Source: a candidate division WOR-3 bacterium
GTDB lineage: Bacteria; Hydrothermota; Hydrothermia; Hydrothermales; JAJRUZ01
Direction: 5' to 3'
DNA length: 64,000 bases
NCBI GenBank assembly: GCA_024277525.1
Contig: JAJRUZ010000021.1
Location: 6,480-70,479, forward strand
Under the pieces are notes generated by a model. It ran no database searches, was not told the DNA's origin, and saw nothing but the letters and a program-made list of their open reading frames with translations. The position numbers were made by a program, and so were the translations under genes. Of this stretch, positions 40,164-49,827 are shown one piece after another (positions within the stretch are counted from its first letter, which is position 1; each line of letters starts with the position of its first letter).

Positions 40164-40831
40164 TCCTCAAATTTATAACCTATTCCCCTTATATTTTTAA
40201 TAAATTTACCTGCCTCTCCCAGTTTATCCCTTAAATTCTTTATATGAACATCAACGGTTCTTTCGTAAACAAGTTTTTCTCCTGATATATGTTCAAGAAT
40301 CTGTCTCCTTGAAAAAACCCATCCCTTTCTCTGAACAAGAAGTTTCAGAATTTTGAATTCTGCCGGTCTTAAGTCAATTTTTTTATCTTTTACAAAAACT
40401 TCAAATTTTTTTAAATCAACCTTTAAAATTCCGCCTGCGGTAATTACATCCTTATTTTCCCTGAATCTTCTTAAAATAGCATTAACCCTTGCAACAAGTT
40501 CCTTAGGAGAAAAGGGTTTTGTGATATAATCATCAGCCCCTATTTCAAGACCGAGAACCTTTTCCTCAACCTTTGACCTTGCTGTGAGCATAACAATTGG
40601 AACATCATTGAATTTATCATTCTTTCTCAGTTCTTTACATAATTCAAATCCATCAAAATCAGGTAACATAAGGTCAAGAATAATAAGGTCAGGCTTTTCT
40701 TTGTTTAAATAACTCATAAACTCCTCTGCATTATAAAATTCCTTTACTTTATATCCTGCTTTTTTCAAATGATGGGAAACAAGATGAGCAATATCAGGTT
40801 CATCATCAACAACTGCTATTGTTCCCTTCAT
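40160..40831 (-). CDS. OmpR/PhoB-family response regulator
   Basis: 223 aa. Receiver domain (VVDDEPDI..D..LMLPDFDGF..K), winged-helix C-terminus (...RTVDVHIKNLRDKL). Overlaps the kinase gene. Confidence 0.9.
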   Translation of the reverse strand: MKGTIAVVDDEPDIAHLVSHHLKKAGYKVKEFYNAEEFMSYLNKEKPDLIILDLMLPDFDGFELCKELRKNDKFNDVPIVMLTARSKVEEKVLGLEIGADDYITKPFSPKELVARVNAILRRFRENKDVITAGGILKVDLKKFEVFVKDKKIDLRPAEFKILKLLVQRKGWVFSRRQILEHISGEKLVYERTVDVHIKNLRDKLGEAGKFIKNIRGIGYKFEE

Positions 40832-40927
40832 AGAAAAATTATATTATAAATTAATGAAAAAACTCTTGGTATTCTTATATTTTTTAATCCTTACTCTTTT
40901 TTAGATACAATCTCCGGCAAACTTGGG

Positions 40928-42448
40928 TTAAATTAAGCATAAAAACACTTCGCCCAGTATTGACATAAGGGAAAGTATTATTAAATACTTTCTTAAAGAT
41001 AAAGGAGTAATTTTTTTGAAATCTTCTATAAATTCAATATTATCATAAATTTTTTTCTTGAAATTATAAATGTCAGGCATTATCTGAGGATTAACTTCAA
41101 CCACAATATTTTCGGAATTCCTTAAAAAATATATACCCGAAGTGAGCGGACTTAAAATTATACTTCCCTGATTTTTATAATCAAATATTTTCTCTCCATC
41201 GTAAGTGAAAAGCGAAAAATTCTTGTTCTCTATCTCAGTTTCATAAATTGAATCCTCAACAATAACTAATTTTTTTGATAATAATTTTTTTATTGATTTT
41301 TTTAATAGGATTACAAAATCTGGATAATACATGAAATTGGTCAGTTTCTCCGAAGGATAGAAAGATGCTACAATAAGATTTTTACTCTTTACAAAAAGAG
41401 CATAATCAAAATTGTCAGTTTTTAATTCTTCTTTTGATTCAAATAAATAAAATTTTTTAAAGAAAATTTCACCATCATCTGAGTATAAATTATTTAATTT
41501 ACCTTTAAAATTTATATTCTTTGACCTTAAAAATATTTCAATTTCGTCATCAATCGAATCCGGAAAAAAAATGACCTTTTTTCCTTTATGTAAGAGTTTT
41601 GAAATAATGCTTAAATCCTGACTTCCCGATATAAAGTAAATCTTTTCTTTTCCTTTTTTAATTGTTTTTAAAAAAGCATCTATAAATTTATTCTCTTTTC
41701 CTATAACTTCAACAGATACATCGGGAATTTTTTCAATGTAATAATATCTCTTATTGTCATCAGGATAAATATCTTTATAATCAATTTTCAAAAAAAGATT
41801 TCGCCATTCAAAATCAATCGGAAAAGTTTCCAAATTTTCTCCCTTTTTAATATCTATCTCCTTTCTCAATAAAAGGTTTTTACCCACATATACCTCAAAA
41901 GGAATATTTTTTACCCCAAAGTTTGATTTTATATACACATATAAATTCTTTCCGTCATTTTCAACTTTTTCTATTTTTAAATTTTTGTATTCCTTTTTAC
42001 CTATTATATAAATTTTTTTATTCTTTGTTTCCATTATTTTGTCAACATAAGATAAAGGTACCGGGGCAAGAATATAAATTGATTTTACCTTTCTTTCATT
42101 TAAAAGTGAATCCAATTTTTCCATATTTAAATATTTAATTTTTAAATTCTTTATCTTCTTCCTCCAAAAAGGATGATTGTAAATTAAGATATTCTCAGGA
42201 ACCCCGTATTTTGATTTAATGTAAGGATTTGAAAAAGCAGTTATAACGAAAAAAATAGCAAGAATCCTCATTATCAGGATTAAAATATCTTTTATTTTTC
42301 TCCTTTTTTTTATTTCTTTCTCTTTTTTAAAAATTTCTATCCATGGAAAAAGAATTTTTTTTCTTTTTAATGGTAAAAGTAAATGTATTATTAAAGGTAA
42401 AAGGGATAAAGGCAAAAAAAATAACAAAAAAGGTTTTAAAAAAATCAT
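40928..42448 (-). CDS. Hypothetical membrane protein with BatA-type N-terminal double-transmembrane domain
   Basis: 506 aa. N-terminus MIFLKPFLLFFLPLSLLPLIIHLL...KRKKILFPWIEIF matches the aerotolerance-operon N-terminal double-TM motif. Remainder is Lys/Ile/Asn-rich with no clear vWA motif. Confidence 0.45.
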   Translation of the reverse strand: MIFLKPFLLFFLPLSLLPLIIHLLLPLKRKKILFPWIEIFKKEKEIKKRRKIKDILILIMRILAIFFVITAFSNPYIKSKYGVPENILIYNHPFWRKKIKNLKIKYLNMEKLDSLLNERKVKSIYILAPVPLSYVDKIMETKNKKIYIIGKKEYKNLKIEKVENDGKNLYVYIKSNFGVKNIPFEVYVGKNLLLRKEIDIKKGENLETFPIDFEWRNLFLKIDYKDIYPDDNKRYYYIEKIPDVSVEVIGKENKFIDAFLKTIKKGKEKIYFISGSQDLSIISKLLHKGKKVIFFPDSIDDEIEIFLRSKNINFKGKLNNLYSDDGEIFFKKFYLFESKEELKTDNFDYALFVKSKNLIVASFYPSEKLTNFMYYPDFVILLKKSIKKLLSKKLVIVEDSIYETEIENKNFSLFTYDGEKIFDYKNQGSIILSPLTSGIYFLRNSENIVVEVNPQIMPDIYNFKKKIYDNIEFIEDFKKITPLSLRKYLIILSLMSILGEVFLCLI

Positions 42449-43308
42449 AGGGAAGATTTAATTATCTTCAAAAGGTTATTTTCGTAAGGCTCATCTATAT
42501 AGATATCAAAATTTTTTATACCAGAAGACAGAAGTTCCTCATTTATTTTTTTATTAAACTCTGTCAGTTTTCTTCTCAAATCGTTCCATAGTTTTTTATC
42601 ATCAATTACATACTCATCCTCTGTTTCCAAGTCTTTCAAAATAAAAGGGGCTTTCTTTTCTTCATTTATTTCCTTTTTTGAGAGCATGTGTACAGAAATA
42701 ACTTCATTTTTTCTGGATTTTAGATATTTTAATCCTTTTATAAAACCGTCGGGTTTATGATAAAAATCGGTAAAAAGAATGATTATGCTTCTTTTCTTAA
42801 TAATTTCGGATAGATAAAGAAAAAAATTGAAAGGGTCTGTTTTACCCGCAGGTTTTAAATCCTCAAGTACTTTAATAATTTTTTCAAGATTAACCCTTGT
42901 GGTTGAAGGAGGAACGAATATTCTTTCTCTATCCGAAAAAACATAAAGGGAAGGAGCATCTCTCTGAGAATGAAAGAGCATTGCAAGTGATAAAAGCAAT
43001 ACCTTTGAATATTCAAATTTTGAAGGATTACCGAAGTCCATTGATTTTGAAGAATCAAGTAAAAAATAAACCTTTGTATTTGTTTCTTCGGAAAATTTTT
43101 TTGTAAAAATCCTATCCTTTCGTGCAAAAACTTTCCAGTCAATATATCTTAAATCATCTCCGGGTGAGTACTCCCTGTGTTCCCTGAATTCCGATGAATA
43201 TCCATGCATAGGGCTCGGATGCATACCCAAGAGTGTGCCTTCAAGAACAGCTTTAGCCTTTAATCTTAATTTTTTTAATCTTTCTATTTTATAAATTTCT
43301 TTAATCAT
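42445..43308 (-). CDS. DUF58-family protein (MoxR-associated, vWA-like)
   Basis: 287 aa. EHREYSPGDDLRYIDWKVFARKDRIFTKKFSEETNTKVYFLLDSSKSM is the DUF58 core. Confidence 0.7.
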   Translation of the reverse strand: MIKEIYKIERLKKLRLKAKAVLEGTLLGMHPSPMHGYSSEFREHREYSPGDDLRYIDWKVFARKDRIFTKKFSEETNTKVYFLLDSSKSMDFGNPSKFEYSKVLLLSLAMLFHSQRDAPSLYVFSDRERIFVPPSTTRVNLEKIIKVLEDLKPAGKTDPFNFFLYLSEIIKKRSIIILFTDFYHKPDGFIKGLKYLKSRKNEVISVHMLSKKEINEEKKAPFILKDLETEDEYVIDDKKLWNDLRRKLTEFNKKINEELLSSGIKNFDIYIDEPYENNLLKIIKSSL

Positions 43309-44327
43309 GCAAGTTCAATTATTTTTTCAACTATACGATTAGGGGGTAATACAAAGTCGGCAATATCTTTAACTGCTTTCGGCATTCCGTATATAACAGA
43401 GGATTTTTCATCCTGTGCTATTAAAATTCCCTTTTTTTCTTTTATCTTCTTAGCTCCTTCGCTTCCGTCCTTTCCCATTCCCGTTAAAATCACTGCAAGT
43501 GATTTGTCCTTATAAATATCCGCCATTGCATTAAGCAAGTAATCCCCGCTCGGTTTTACTCCCCATTTCGGTTCTTCATCTATTAGATAAATGTAAATTT
43601 TTTCCTTAATTTTTTTCAATGACATATGAATTCCACCGGGTGCAATATAAACTATCCCTTCTTTTACCTGTTCTCTGTCCCGTGCCTCTTTTACCTTCTT
43701 TTTTGTTAATTTATTTAATCTTTCTGCAAATATAAAGGTGAAACTTCTCGGCATGTGCTGCACAATGAAAATAGGGATATTTATTTTGGGCATATATTTT
43801 AAAATATATTCAACAATAGGAGGACCGCCTGTTGAAGAAACTATTCCTATTGCTGAAATTTTCTTTGCTCCTTTCAATTTTTTATGAGGTTCTTTTTCTT
43901 TTAGTTTTAATTTCTCGGGTGAAATTTTCTTTGCCATTTTTATTTTTTTGTAAAGTTCGACTCTTACCTTCTCTATATCCATCGAAAGGGAACCAGAAGG
44001 TTTTGTAATAAAATCAAAAGCTCCTTTACTTAAAGCATTTAAAGTTATCTCTGCTCCTTCTTTTGTATATGCAGATAACATTATACACGGAGTCGGATTT
44101 TTTTTCATTATCTCTTCAAGTGCTTTTATTCCGTCCATAACAGGCATCTCATAATCAAGGGTCACAACATCCGGTTTTAATTTTGAAACAAGCTCGACCG
44201 CCTCTTTTCCGTTTCTTGCGGTTCCCACAATTTCAATATCTTCAAAAGAAGAAAGCAAATCACATATCAAAAGACGCATTAAATATGAGTCATCTACAAC
44301 TAAGACCTTTATTTTATGAGAAGACAA
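43305..44327 (-). CDS. cheB: Chemotaxis response regulator protein-glutamate methylesterase CheB
   Basis: 340 aa. N-terminal receiver domain (KVLVVDDSYLMR...DYEMPVMDG), C-terminal CheB methylesterase (GGPPIVEY..., ILTGMGKDGSEG, catalytic Ser/His/Asp). Confidence 0.85.
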   Translation of the reverse strand: MSSHKIKVLVVDDSYLMRLLICDLLSSFEDIEIVGTARNGKEAVELVSKLKPDVVTLDYEMPVMDGIKALEEIMKKNPTPCIMLSAYTKEGAEITLNALSKGAFDFITKPSGSLSMDIEKVRVELYKKIKMAKKISPEKLKLKEKEPHKKLKGAKKISAIGIVSSTGGPPIVEYILKYMPKINIPIFIVQHMPRSFTFIFAERLNKLTKKKVKEARDREQVKEGIVYIAPGGIHMSLKKIKEKIYIYLIDEEPKWGVKPSGDYLLNAMADIYKDKSLAVILTGMGKDGSEGAKKIKEKKGILIAQDEKSSVIYGMPKAVKDIADFVLPPNRIVEKIIELA

Positions 44328-44799
44328 TTTCCTTATCCCTCTTTTTTACTCTGATCTCCGGTTTACCTACATCAAAGATAACGGTTCTTCCCTCATTTCC
44401 TCCCACTTCTTCCTTAATTACAGGGATTCCGAGTCTCGATAATATACCCCTTGCTTCAAGTATGTTCCTTGTACCTATCGACCAGGGTGACATTGAGACA
44501 GGAGATTCGAAAATTGTTGCCCCTCCTATAATATAAGCGCTTATTTTCTGCCTGATTGAACCCAGGGACTCCATTTCTTTTAAAAGTCTGGGAATAGCAG
44601 TACTTACATATCTGAAAGGAGGAGAACTCTCCGCCGGATTCTTGGGAGCAGGAAGCATGGAATGGGAAAGCCCGCCTATTTTATTTTCCTTGTCAAGGAG
44701 AATAACAACTACACAAGACCCTACCCCCACTACCTTCAAAATACCTTCATCTTTTATTACTTTCCCTTCTCCTATTCCTATAAAATACTCCGGAACCAT
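44314..44799 (-). CDS. cheD: Chemoreceptor glutamine deamidase CheD
   Basis: 161 aa. CheD core VVGVGSCVVVILLD...GGLSHSMLP with the catalytic Cys. Overlaps cheB. Confidence 0.8.
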   Translation of the reverse strand: MVPEYFIGIGEGKVIKDEGILKVVGVGSCVVVILLDKENKIGGLSHSMLPAPKNPAESSPPFRYVSTAIPRLLKEMESLGSIRQKISAYIIGGATIFESPVSMSPWSIGTRNILEARGILSRLGIPVIKEEVGGNEGRTVIFDVGKPEIRVKKRDKEIVFS

Positions 44800-44800
44800 T

Positions 44801-46459
44801 CTACTCCTCTAAGGGTGCAAAATACTTTCTTATTGCCTCTTTTGCAGGCTCAAAATAAGGATTTATTTTCAAAATTTCATCAAAAATCTTTCTTGCCTTT
44901 TCCGTTTCTCCGCTCTTTACAAGAATTAGACCGTAAAGATATAAAATATCCTCCGAATCAGGTGCCTTCTCTCTTGCTTTTTCAAGAAGTTCTATCGCTC
45001 TTTCCTTTTCTCCTTTTTCGTAAAGAATATGCGCAAGCCCGGAAAGAGCTTCTGGAACCTCGGGATGTTTCTGAAGATATCTTTCCAGATAAACCTGAGC
45101 TTCACTGAATCTCTTATCACCCAATAAAGAAAGCCCTAAAAGCAATAATGCCCTGTCCTCTTCTCTTTCTTTCAAAATATCTCTCAAAATTTTCTCCGAT
45201 TCCTTATATTCTCCCCTTAAATAAAAAATTCTCGCCTCTTCAAATTTTCTCTTTATTCTTTCTTCTTTTAAAACCTTATTCATACTCTCGGAAAATCTTC
45301 TTAAATTCTCAAAAAGACCGCTTAAAATACTCCTTTCTTGCTCGAAACTTTTAAGAAATCTTTCCCTATCTGTTTTAAATTTTTCAAAGACATCATAAAA
45401 TCTTTTTTCAATTTCCTGAAACAGGGACCCAAATGAACCTTTTAAGGAATTCAATTCTTCTTTACTCTGTTCTATCAATTTTTTTGCCATTTTTTCTGCT
45501 AAATTCCCGAATTTCTGCATCTCATCCCTGTTTTGTGCGGAAATTTCACGAAGGGAATTCTGAAATGAGATAATAAAGTTTTCCCTTGCTTCTTTTTCTT
45601 TTTCAAAAATTCTTAAAAGTTCATCCCTATCTGCTTTAAATCTCTCAAAAATATCGGAGAATCTCTTCTCGGTTTCCTGGAAAATGGACTCAAATGAACC
45701 TCTTAAGGAATTCAATTCTTCTCTGCTCTGTTCCATCAATTTTCTTGCCATTTCTTCTGTCAAGTCTTTAATTCTCTGTATCTCATCCCTGTTTTGTGCA
45801 GAAATTTCACGAAGGGAATTTTCAAATGAAACGATAAAACTCTCCCTTGCTTCTTTTTCCTTTTCAAAACTTTTCAAGAGTTCCTCCCTGTCTGCTTTGA
45901 ATTTTTCAAAAATATCGGAAAATTCTCTCTCAATTTCTTTGAATAAATTTTCAAATGCTGTTTTTATTGAGTTTAATTCTTCTTTACTCTGTTCTGTTAA
46001 TCTTCCTGCTGTTTCCCCCATCAAACTTCTGAATTTTTCCATCTCTTCTTTTTCCCTCTCAACAATCTGATTTAAAGAATTCTCAAATGAACTTAACAAT
46101 CTTTCATTGTTTTGTTTTACATCTTCAAGAAATCTGTTGAATGTTTCCTTTGATAAATTTATAAGGTCATCCAGTTTTGTCTCTATAAGCTTTGCATATT
46201 TTTCATTTTCCGCAATTATCTTCTGTGTCTCCTCTTTTAAAAGTTCATAAATTGCCTTTATGTTTTCATTAAAACTCATATTCATCTCTGAAATAGAATT
46301 TTTTATTTCTGAATAATCAGGAGAGTACAAGAGACCGCATCTTCCGTTTTTATACATAAAGCATTTATCCCTTTGACAGGGAGCCTCTTTTATTTCCAAA
46401 ATTTCTTCATTTTCCTTTTTGGTCCATAAAGGGCGTGATAAAAAAGGGCACATCTCCAT
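44801..46459 (-). CDS. Hypothetical protein: N-terminal Cys-rich segment, three tandem ~87-aa coiled-coil repeats, C-terminal TPR repeats
   Basis: 552 aa. N-terminus CPFLSRP...CQRDKCFMYKNGRCGL. Repeat unit SFENSL.EISAQNRDE.....EQS.EELNSL.GSFE..FQE.EKRFSDIFE.FKADR.ELL..FEKEKEARE.FI occurs 3 times. TPR-like C-terminus (ALLLLGLSLLGDKRFSEAQVYLERYLQ..., ILYLYGLILVKSGETEKARKIF). Confidence 0.5.
   Translation of the reverse strand: MEMCPFLSRPLWTKKENEEILEIKEAPCQRDKCFMYKNGRCGLLYSPDYSEIKNSISEMNMSFNENIKAIYELLKEETQKIIAENEKYAKLIETKLDDLINLSKETFNRFLEDVKQNNERLLSSFENSLNQIVEREKEEMEKFRSLMGETAGRLTEQSKEELNSIKTAFENLFKEIEREFSDIFEKFKADREELLKSFEKEKEARESFIVSFENSLREISAQNRDEIQRIKDLTEEMARKLMEQSREELNSLRGSFESIFQETEKRFSDIFERFKADRDELLRIFEKEKEARENFIISFQNSLREISAQNRDEMQKFGNLAEKMAKKLIEQSKEELNSLKGSFGSLFQEIEKRFYDVFEKFKTDRERFLKSFEQERSILSGLFENLRRFSESMNKVLKEERIKRKFEEARIFYLRGEYKESEKILRDILKEREEDRALLLLGLSLLGDKRFSEAQVYLERYLQKHPEVPEALSGLAHILYEKGEKERAIELLEKAREKAPDSEDILYLYGLILVKSGETEKARKIFDEILKINPYFEPAKEAIRKYFAPLEE
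45300..46100. repeat. Intragenic tandem DNA repeat, ~261-bp unit x3, encoding the coiled-coil repeats (approximate bounds)
   Basis: Copies beginning near 45366, 45627 and 45888 (ctatctg(t/c)tttaaat...tcaaa...atc...). About 80-85% nucleotide identity between units. Confidence 0.6.
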
Positions 46460-46489
46460 AAAATTCCTCCTTCATTTTAAGTTTTTATT

Positions 46490-49400
46490 TTAAGGTTCTT
46501 TAAGTGGTAATGGAAAATTCCTTTTACCTTTTAAAAATTTACCCAATTTTAAAGGGTCTAAAACAAAAAAAGTTCCCAAATAATCACCTCTATAAATATC
46601 TGTCTTTCTTTCAAAACTGAAATTTTCCTGCCATAATTTTTGAACTTCATCAAACCTACCCATCATTATACCCATTTTAACAAACTCTTCCCAATAAACA
46701 TTAACTTCATCCCTTCTGAAAAGTACAATTTTCTCTATCAGTTTCTTAAAGTATTCAAATTTTCTTTCCCTCTTTGCAAGTTCTTTTAAAATATGAATTT
46801 CCGTATCAGTGTCCCTTACATCATAGGCACATTTTCTTAAAATGTTATAAAGTTCTTCATCGTATCCGAAAACCTTCAATCCCTCTCTTATTGTTGCATA
46901 AAATGTTCCCAAAAGACCGTGTTTTATGATTTTCTTAACCCTTTCTTTAAATTTTTCAAGGTCTTTCAATTTCATTGAAACATTTAATCCGAGTCCTAAG
47001 CCCTCTGGAATGAACTTTTCCCATTTATTTTTTCTTTTTTCAATCTCTTCCGGATACTTATCAAGAGCCTCTTGATAAATATAAATACATGTCTTATCGT
47101 TGTCTTTTGAAAGTTCATCCGCATAAGTGAAAACAAAATCTTTATCCCTTATCCCCTTTAAAAACAAGACCCTGAATGTGTCAAAAATTTCTTTTCTGTT
47201 CTTTTTAAGGAAACTTTTCTCAATTAAAAGATTAAAAAATCTTTTCCATTCACGGCTTTCGTTTCTGAGAATAAAAAGAAGTAAATCAATTCCGTCTTCT
47301 CCATTTTTAATTCTTTCATATGCAAAATTTCTTATTTTATTCAAAAGTTCATATAGTCTCTCTTTATTTGCAAGTTCATACGATTTTTTGATTTCTTCTT
47401 TAAAATCTCTACCTGTTTCATAATTTAATTTTGATAAAAGGAAAAGGAGATGAGGATTTTGCCTTGTAAGGGGTAAAAGATTTAAAAATTCTGCAAATTC
47501 ATCCTTTATATCAGGATTCTCTTCATATAAAGTAATAACTTCGTTGAGATCGGCTTTACCCTCTATTATCTCAAGACCCTTTTTATAAACTTCTATTTCC
47601 GGAAAATAGGGAAATCTTGACTCAATTGTAATGAAAATATCCTTTATTTTTGGAATCAATTTTTTTGCTTTCAGAGAAAGTATAAAATAGTACCTTGCTG
47701 CTTCTTTCGGTTTTGAGAGTAAAAGAGCAATTGAACCGAGGGTTTGATAAATAAAAGGAGATTTATCATTTTTTTCCTCTTCTTTCAAAAACTCATATAA
47801 AAAAGAAGGGTCAAACCTGTTCTTTTCCCTCAGCAAATTTTTTATTATTTCTTTTGCTTTTTCTTTATCACCTTTTTTCCACAAAATAGCAGACTCCATT
47901 GCAGAAATATCCGCAAGCATCTTCTCACTTTCTCCTTCTTTTAAATTATTTAAAAATCTTAATGCTTCATCATATTTTCCTCCTAATAGAAGGGCTTCTA
48001 CAAACAAAAAAAGAATCTCTTTACTTTTTTTTCTTTTCAATTTCTCTGAGAGAACTTTCAAAAGCTCCCTCAAGAGTCTTTTGTCTTTTAACCCTTTTCT
48101 CAAAAATTCTTTTGCATCTTTAAAATTTTCTGATTCAAGTTCTAACAAACCCTTAAGAAAATGAACCTCAGGCACATCATAATTCATAATATTCTCTGTG
48201 AGTTTTTTTACAAAATTTATTTTTTTCTTATACCCTTCATAGAGGCAGAGTGTTCCTTCTTTGAATTCTCCCTTTCTTATATATGCCAAACCGAGTGCAA
48301 GCAAATATTTTTCCGTAAATTTATTCTTATTCTTTTGAATAAAATCGATTATCTTATCATTCCATTCATTGTTTTTAATTCCTGCTTCATCAAGAAGAAG
48401 AAGTGCGTACTCGTTATAGGATGGGAATTTATCAATAAATTCGGACATTTTTTCAAAAAATTTTTCGTCTTTTTTATTTAAAAGAATCTCAAGTTCAAGC
48501 ATGAAACCTTCGGGTATTTTAACCAGGTCTTCCCTTTTTCGTGAAATCTCTTTTTCAATCAGGTCAATATTAAAATTTAATTTTAAAAGATACCTGAAAA
48601 TTAAAATTCCGTTTTTAAATTCTCCGTTTCTGATGGAGGAAGAAGCAAGGGAAAAAAGGAAGAAAGGAGATTTGAATTTTCTCTCTTCTGCAATATCTTT
48701 AAGGATATCCAGCACATCCCTATCATTTAAATAGTCAGGATTTCCTGAATACATGTATTCAAGGTCTTCATCAAGGGATTCTTCTTCCATTTCAAGAAAA
48801 ATTCTAAAGGCTCTGGGGGAGAATGATTTTAAAAGGGATTCCCTTAACGATTTAACACTTACCTCATCCCTCATCCTTTCTTTCAAAATTTCGGCTGCTT
48901 CCTCTGTTTTACCCAGTTGAGTGAATATTTCTGCTAATTCCCTTATTTCATTTTCGGATAAGTTCTCTGATTTCAAACTCTTTGCTATCTCATAAGCATA
49001 ATTTAAATCAATTCCTTCCTTATCACTTATTGCTTCTTTAAGAAGTTCTAATCCCCTTTTTTTGTCTCCCTGAATTATAATCAAATGGGAATAAAGGAGT
49101 TTAAAATAAGGGAGCTCGGGTTTTCTTTTTTCAAATTGCTCAATTATATAAAGATAAAAACTTTCGTCATCTATAATATCTTCAACATAAAGGGTTGCTT
49201 CTTCCTCTTTTCCTTCATAATAATTTGAAATAAAATTAAAAAATCCAGCATATTTTCTTATAAATCCCATGTTTTGAATCCTTGCAATTTCCTTTTTAAT
49301 TATTTCTCTTTTATCTCTGAATTTTTTCCATAATTCATAAAGTTTTAAAACTGCTTCCATGTATTTTCTTGAATAAAAATAAATGGAATAAACAAGCATT

Positions 49401-49825
49401 CCTGAAACAAAATCATCTTTTTCACCGTGTTTTTTTACAAAATGTTCCTTTTCTTTTTCAGGAATCAGATTATAAATTGATTCAATTCTTTCAATATCTC
49501 CTTCGGAAACAAGTTCAATAAGGACATGCTCTCTTAGCAGAATTTTATCCTCTTCTTCTCCACCGAAATGTTCAATTAAATTATCTATTAACTTTTTCTT
49601 TCTATCCGGATAATTTCTTAAAAGTGCAAAGTGTCCGATTGCTTCCCTGTACTTTTTCAAAAGAAGTGCAAGTTCACAGGCAATTTCAAGTAAATCGGGA
49701 TCCTTTGGAGAAGTTTTTAATGCTTTTTTGCATAAAGAATAGCCTTTTTCCCATTTACCCTCATCCCTTAACTTTCTTGCTTCCCTTGCTGTTTTTTTGG
49801 GATCTAATGCAAAAAAAGGAAGCAT
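46490..49825 (-). CDS. Large TPR/helical-repeat protein, hypothetical
   Basis: 1111 aa, entirely alpha-helical, Lys/Glu/Leu-rich with many TPR-like 34-residue modules. No enzymatic motif recognised. Confidence 0.5.
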   Translation of the reverse strand: MLPFFALDPKKTAREARKLRDEGKWEKGYSLCKKALKTSPKDPDLLEIACELALLLKKYREAIGHFALLRNYPDRKKKLIDNLIEHFGGEEEDKILLREHVLIELVSEGDIERIESIYNLIPEKEKEHFVKKHGEKDDFVSGMLVYSIYFYSRKYMEAVLKLYELWKKFRDKREIIKKEIARIQNMGFIRKYAGFFNFISNYYEGKEEEATLYVEDIIDDESFYLYIIEQFEKRKPELPYFKLLYSHLIIIQGDKKRGLELLKEAISDKEGIDLNYAYEIAKSLKSENLSENEIRELAEIFTQLGKTEEAAEILKERMRDEVSVKSLRESLLKSFSPRAFRIFLEMEEESLDEDLEYMYSGNPDYLNDRDVLDILKDIAEERKFKSPFFLFSLASSSIRNGEFKNGILIFRYLLKLNFNIDLIEKEISRKREDLVKIPEGFMLELEILLNKKDEKFFEKMSEFIDKFPSYNEYALLLLDEAGIKNNEWNDKIIDFIQKNKNKFTEKYLLALGLAYIRKGEFKEGTLCLYEGYKKKINFVKKLTENIMNYDVPEVHFLKGLLELESENFKDAKEFLRKGLKDKRLLRELLKVLSEKLKRKKSKEILFLFVEALLLGGKYDEALRFLNNLKEGESEKMLADISAMESAILWKKGDKEKAKEIIKNLLREKNRFDPSFLYEFLKEEEKNDKSPFIYQTLGSIALLLSKPKEAARYYFILSLKAKKLIPKIKDIFITIESRFPYFPEIEVYKKGLEIIEGKADLNEVITLYEENPDIKDEFAEFLNLLPLTRQNPHLLFLLSKLNYETGRDFKEEIKKSYELANKERLYELLNKIRNFAYERIKNGEDGIDLLLFILRNESREWKRFFNLLIEKSFLKKNRKEIFDTFRVLFLKGIRDKDFVFTYADELSKDNDKTCIYIYQEALDKYPEEIEKRKNKWEKFIPEGLGLGLNVSMKLKDLEKFKERVKKIIKHGLLGTFYATIREGLKVFGYDEELYNILRKCAYDVRDTDTEIHILKELAKRERKFEYFKKLIEKIVLFRRDEVNVYWEEFVKMGIMMGRFDEVQKLWQENFSFERKTDIYRGDYLGTFFVLDPLKLGKFLKGKRNFPLPLKEP

Positions 49826-49827
49826 GG

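Noticed and set aside
45300-46100. Tandem direct repeats considered as a possible CRISPR array or minisatellite
   Set aside because: The repeats are ~261 bp, contiguous without spacers, in frame, and encode a coiled-coil protein repeat. There are no cas genes. This is not a CRISPR array.
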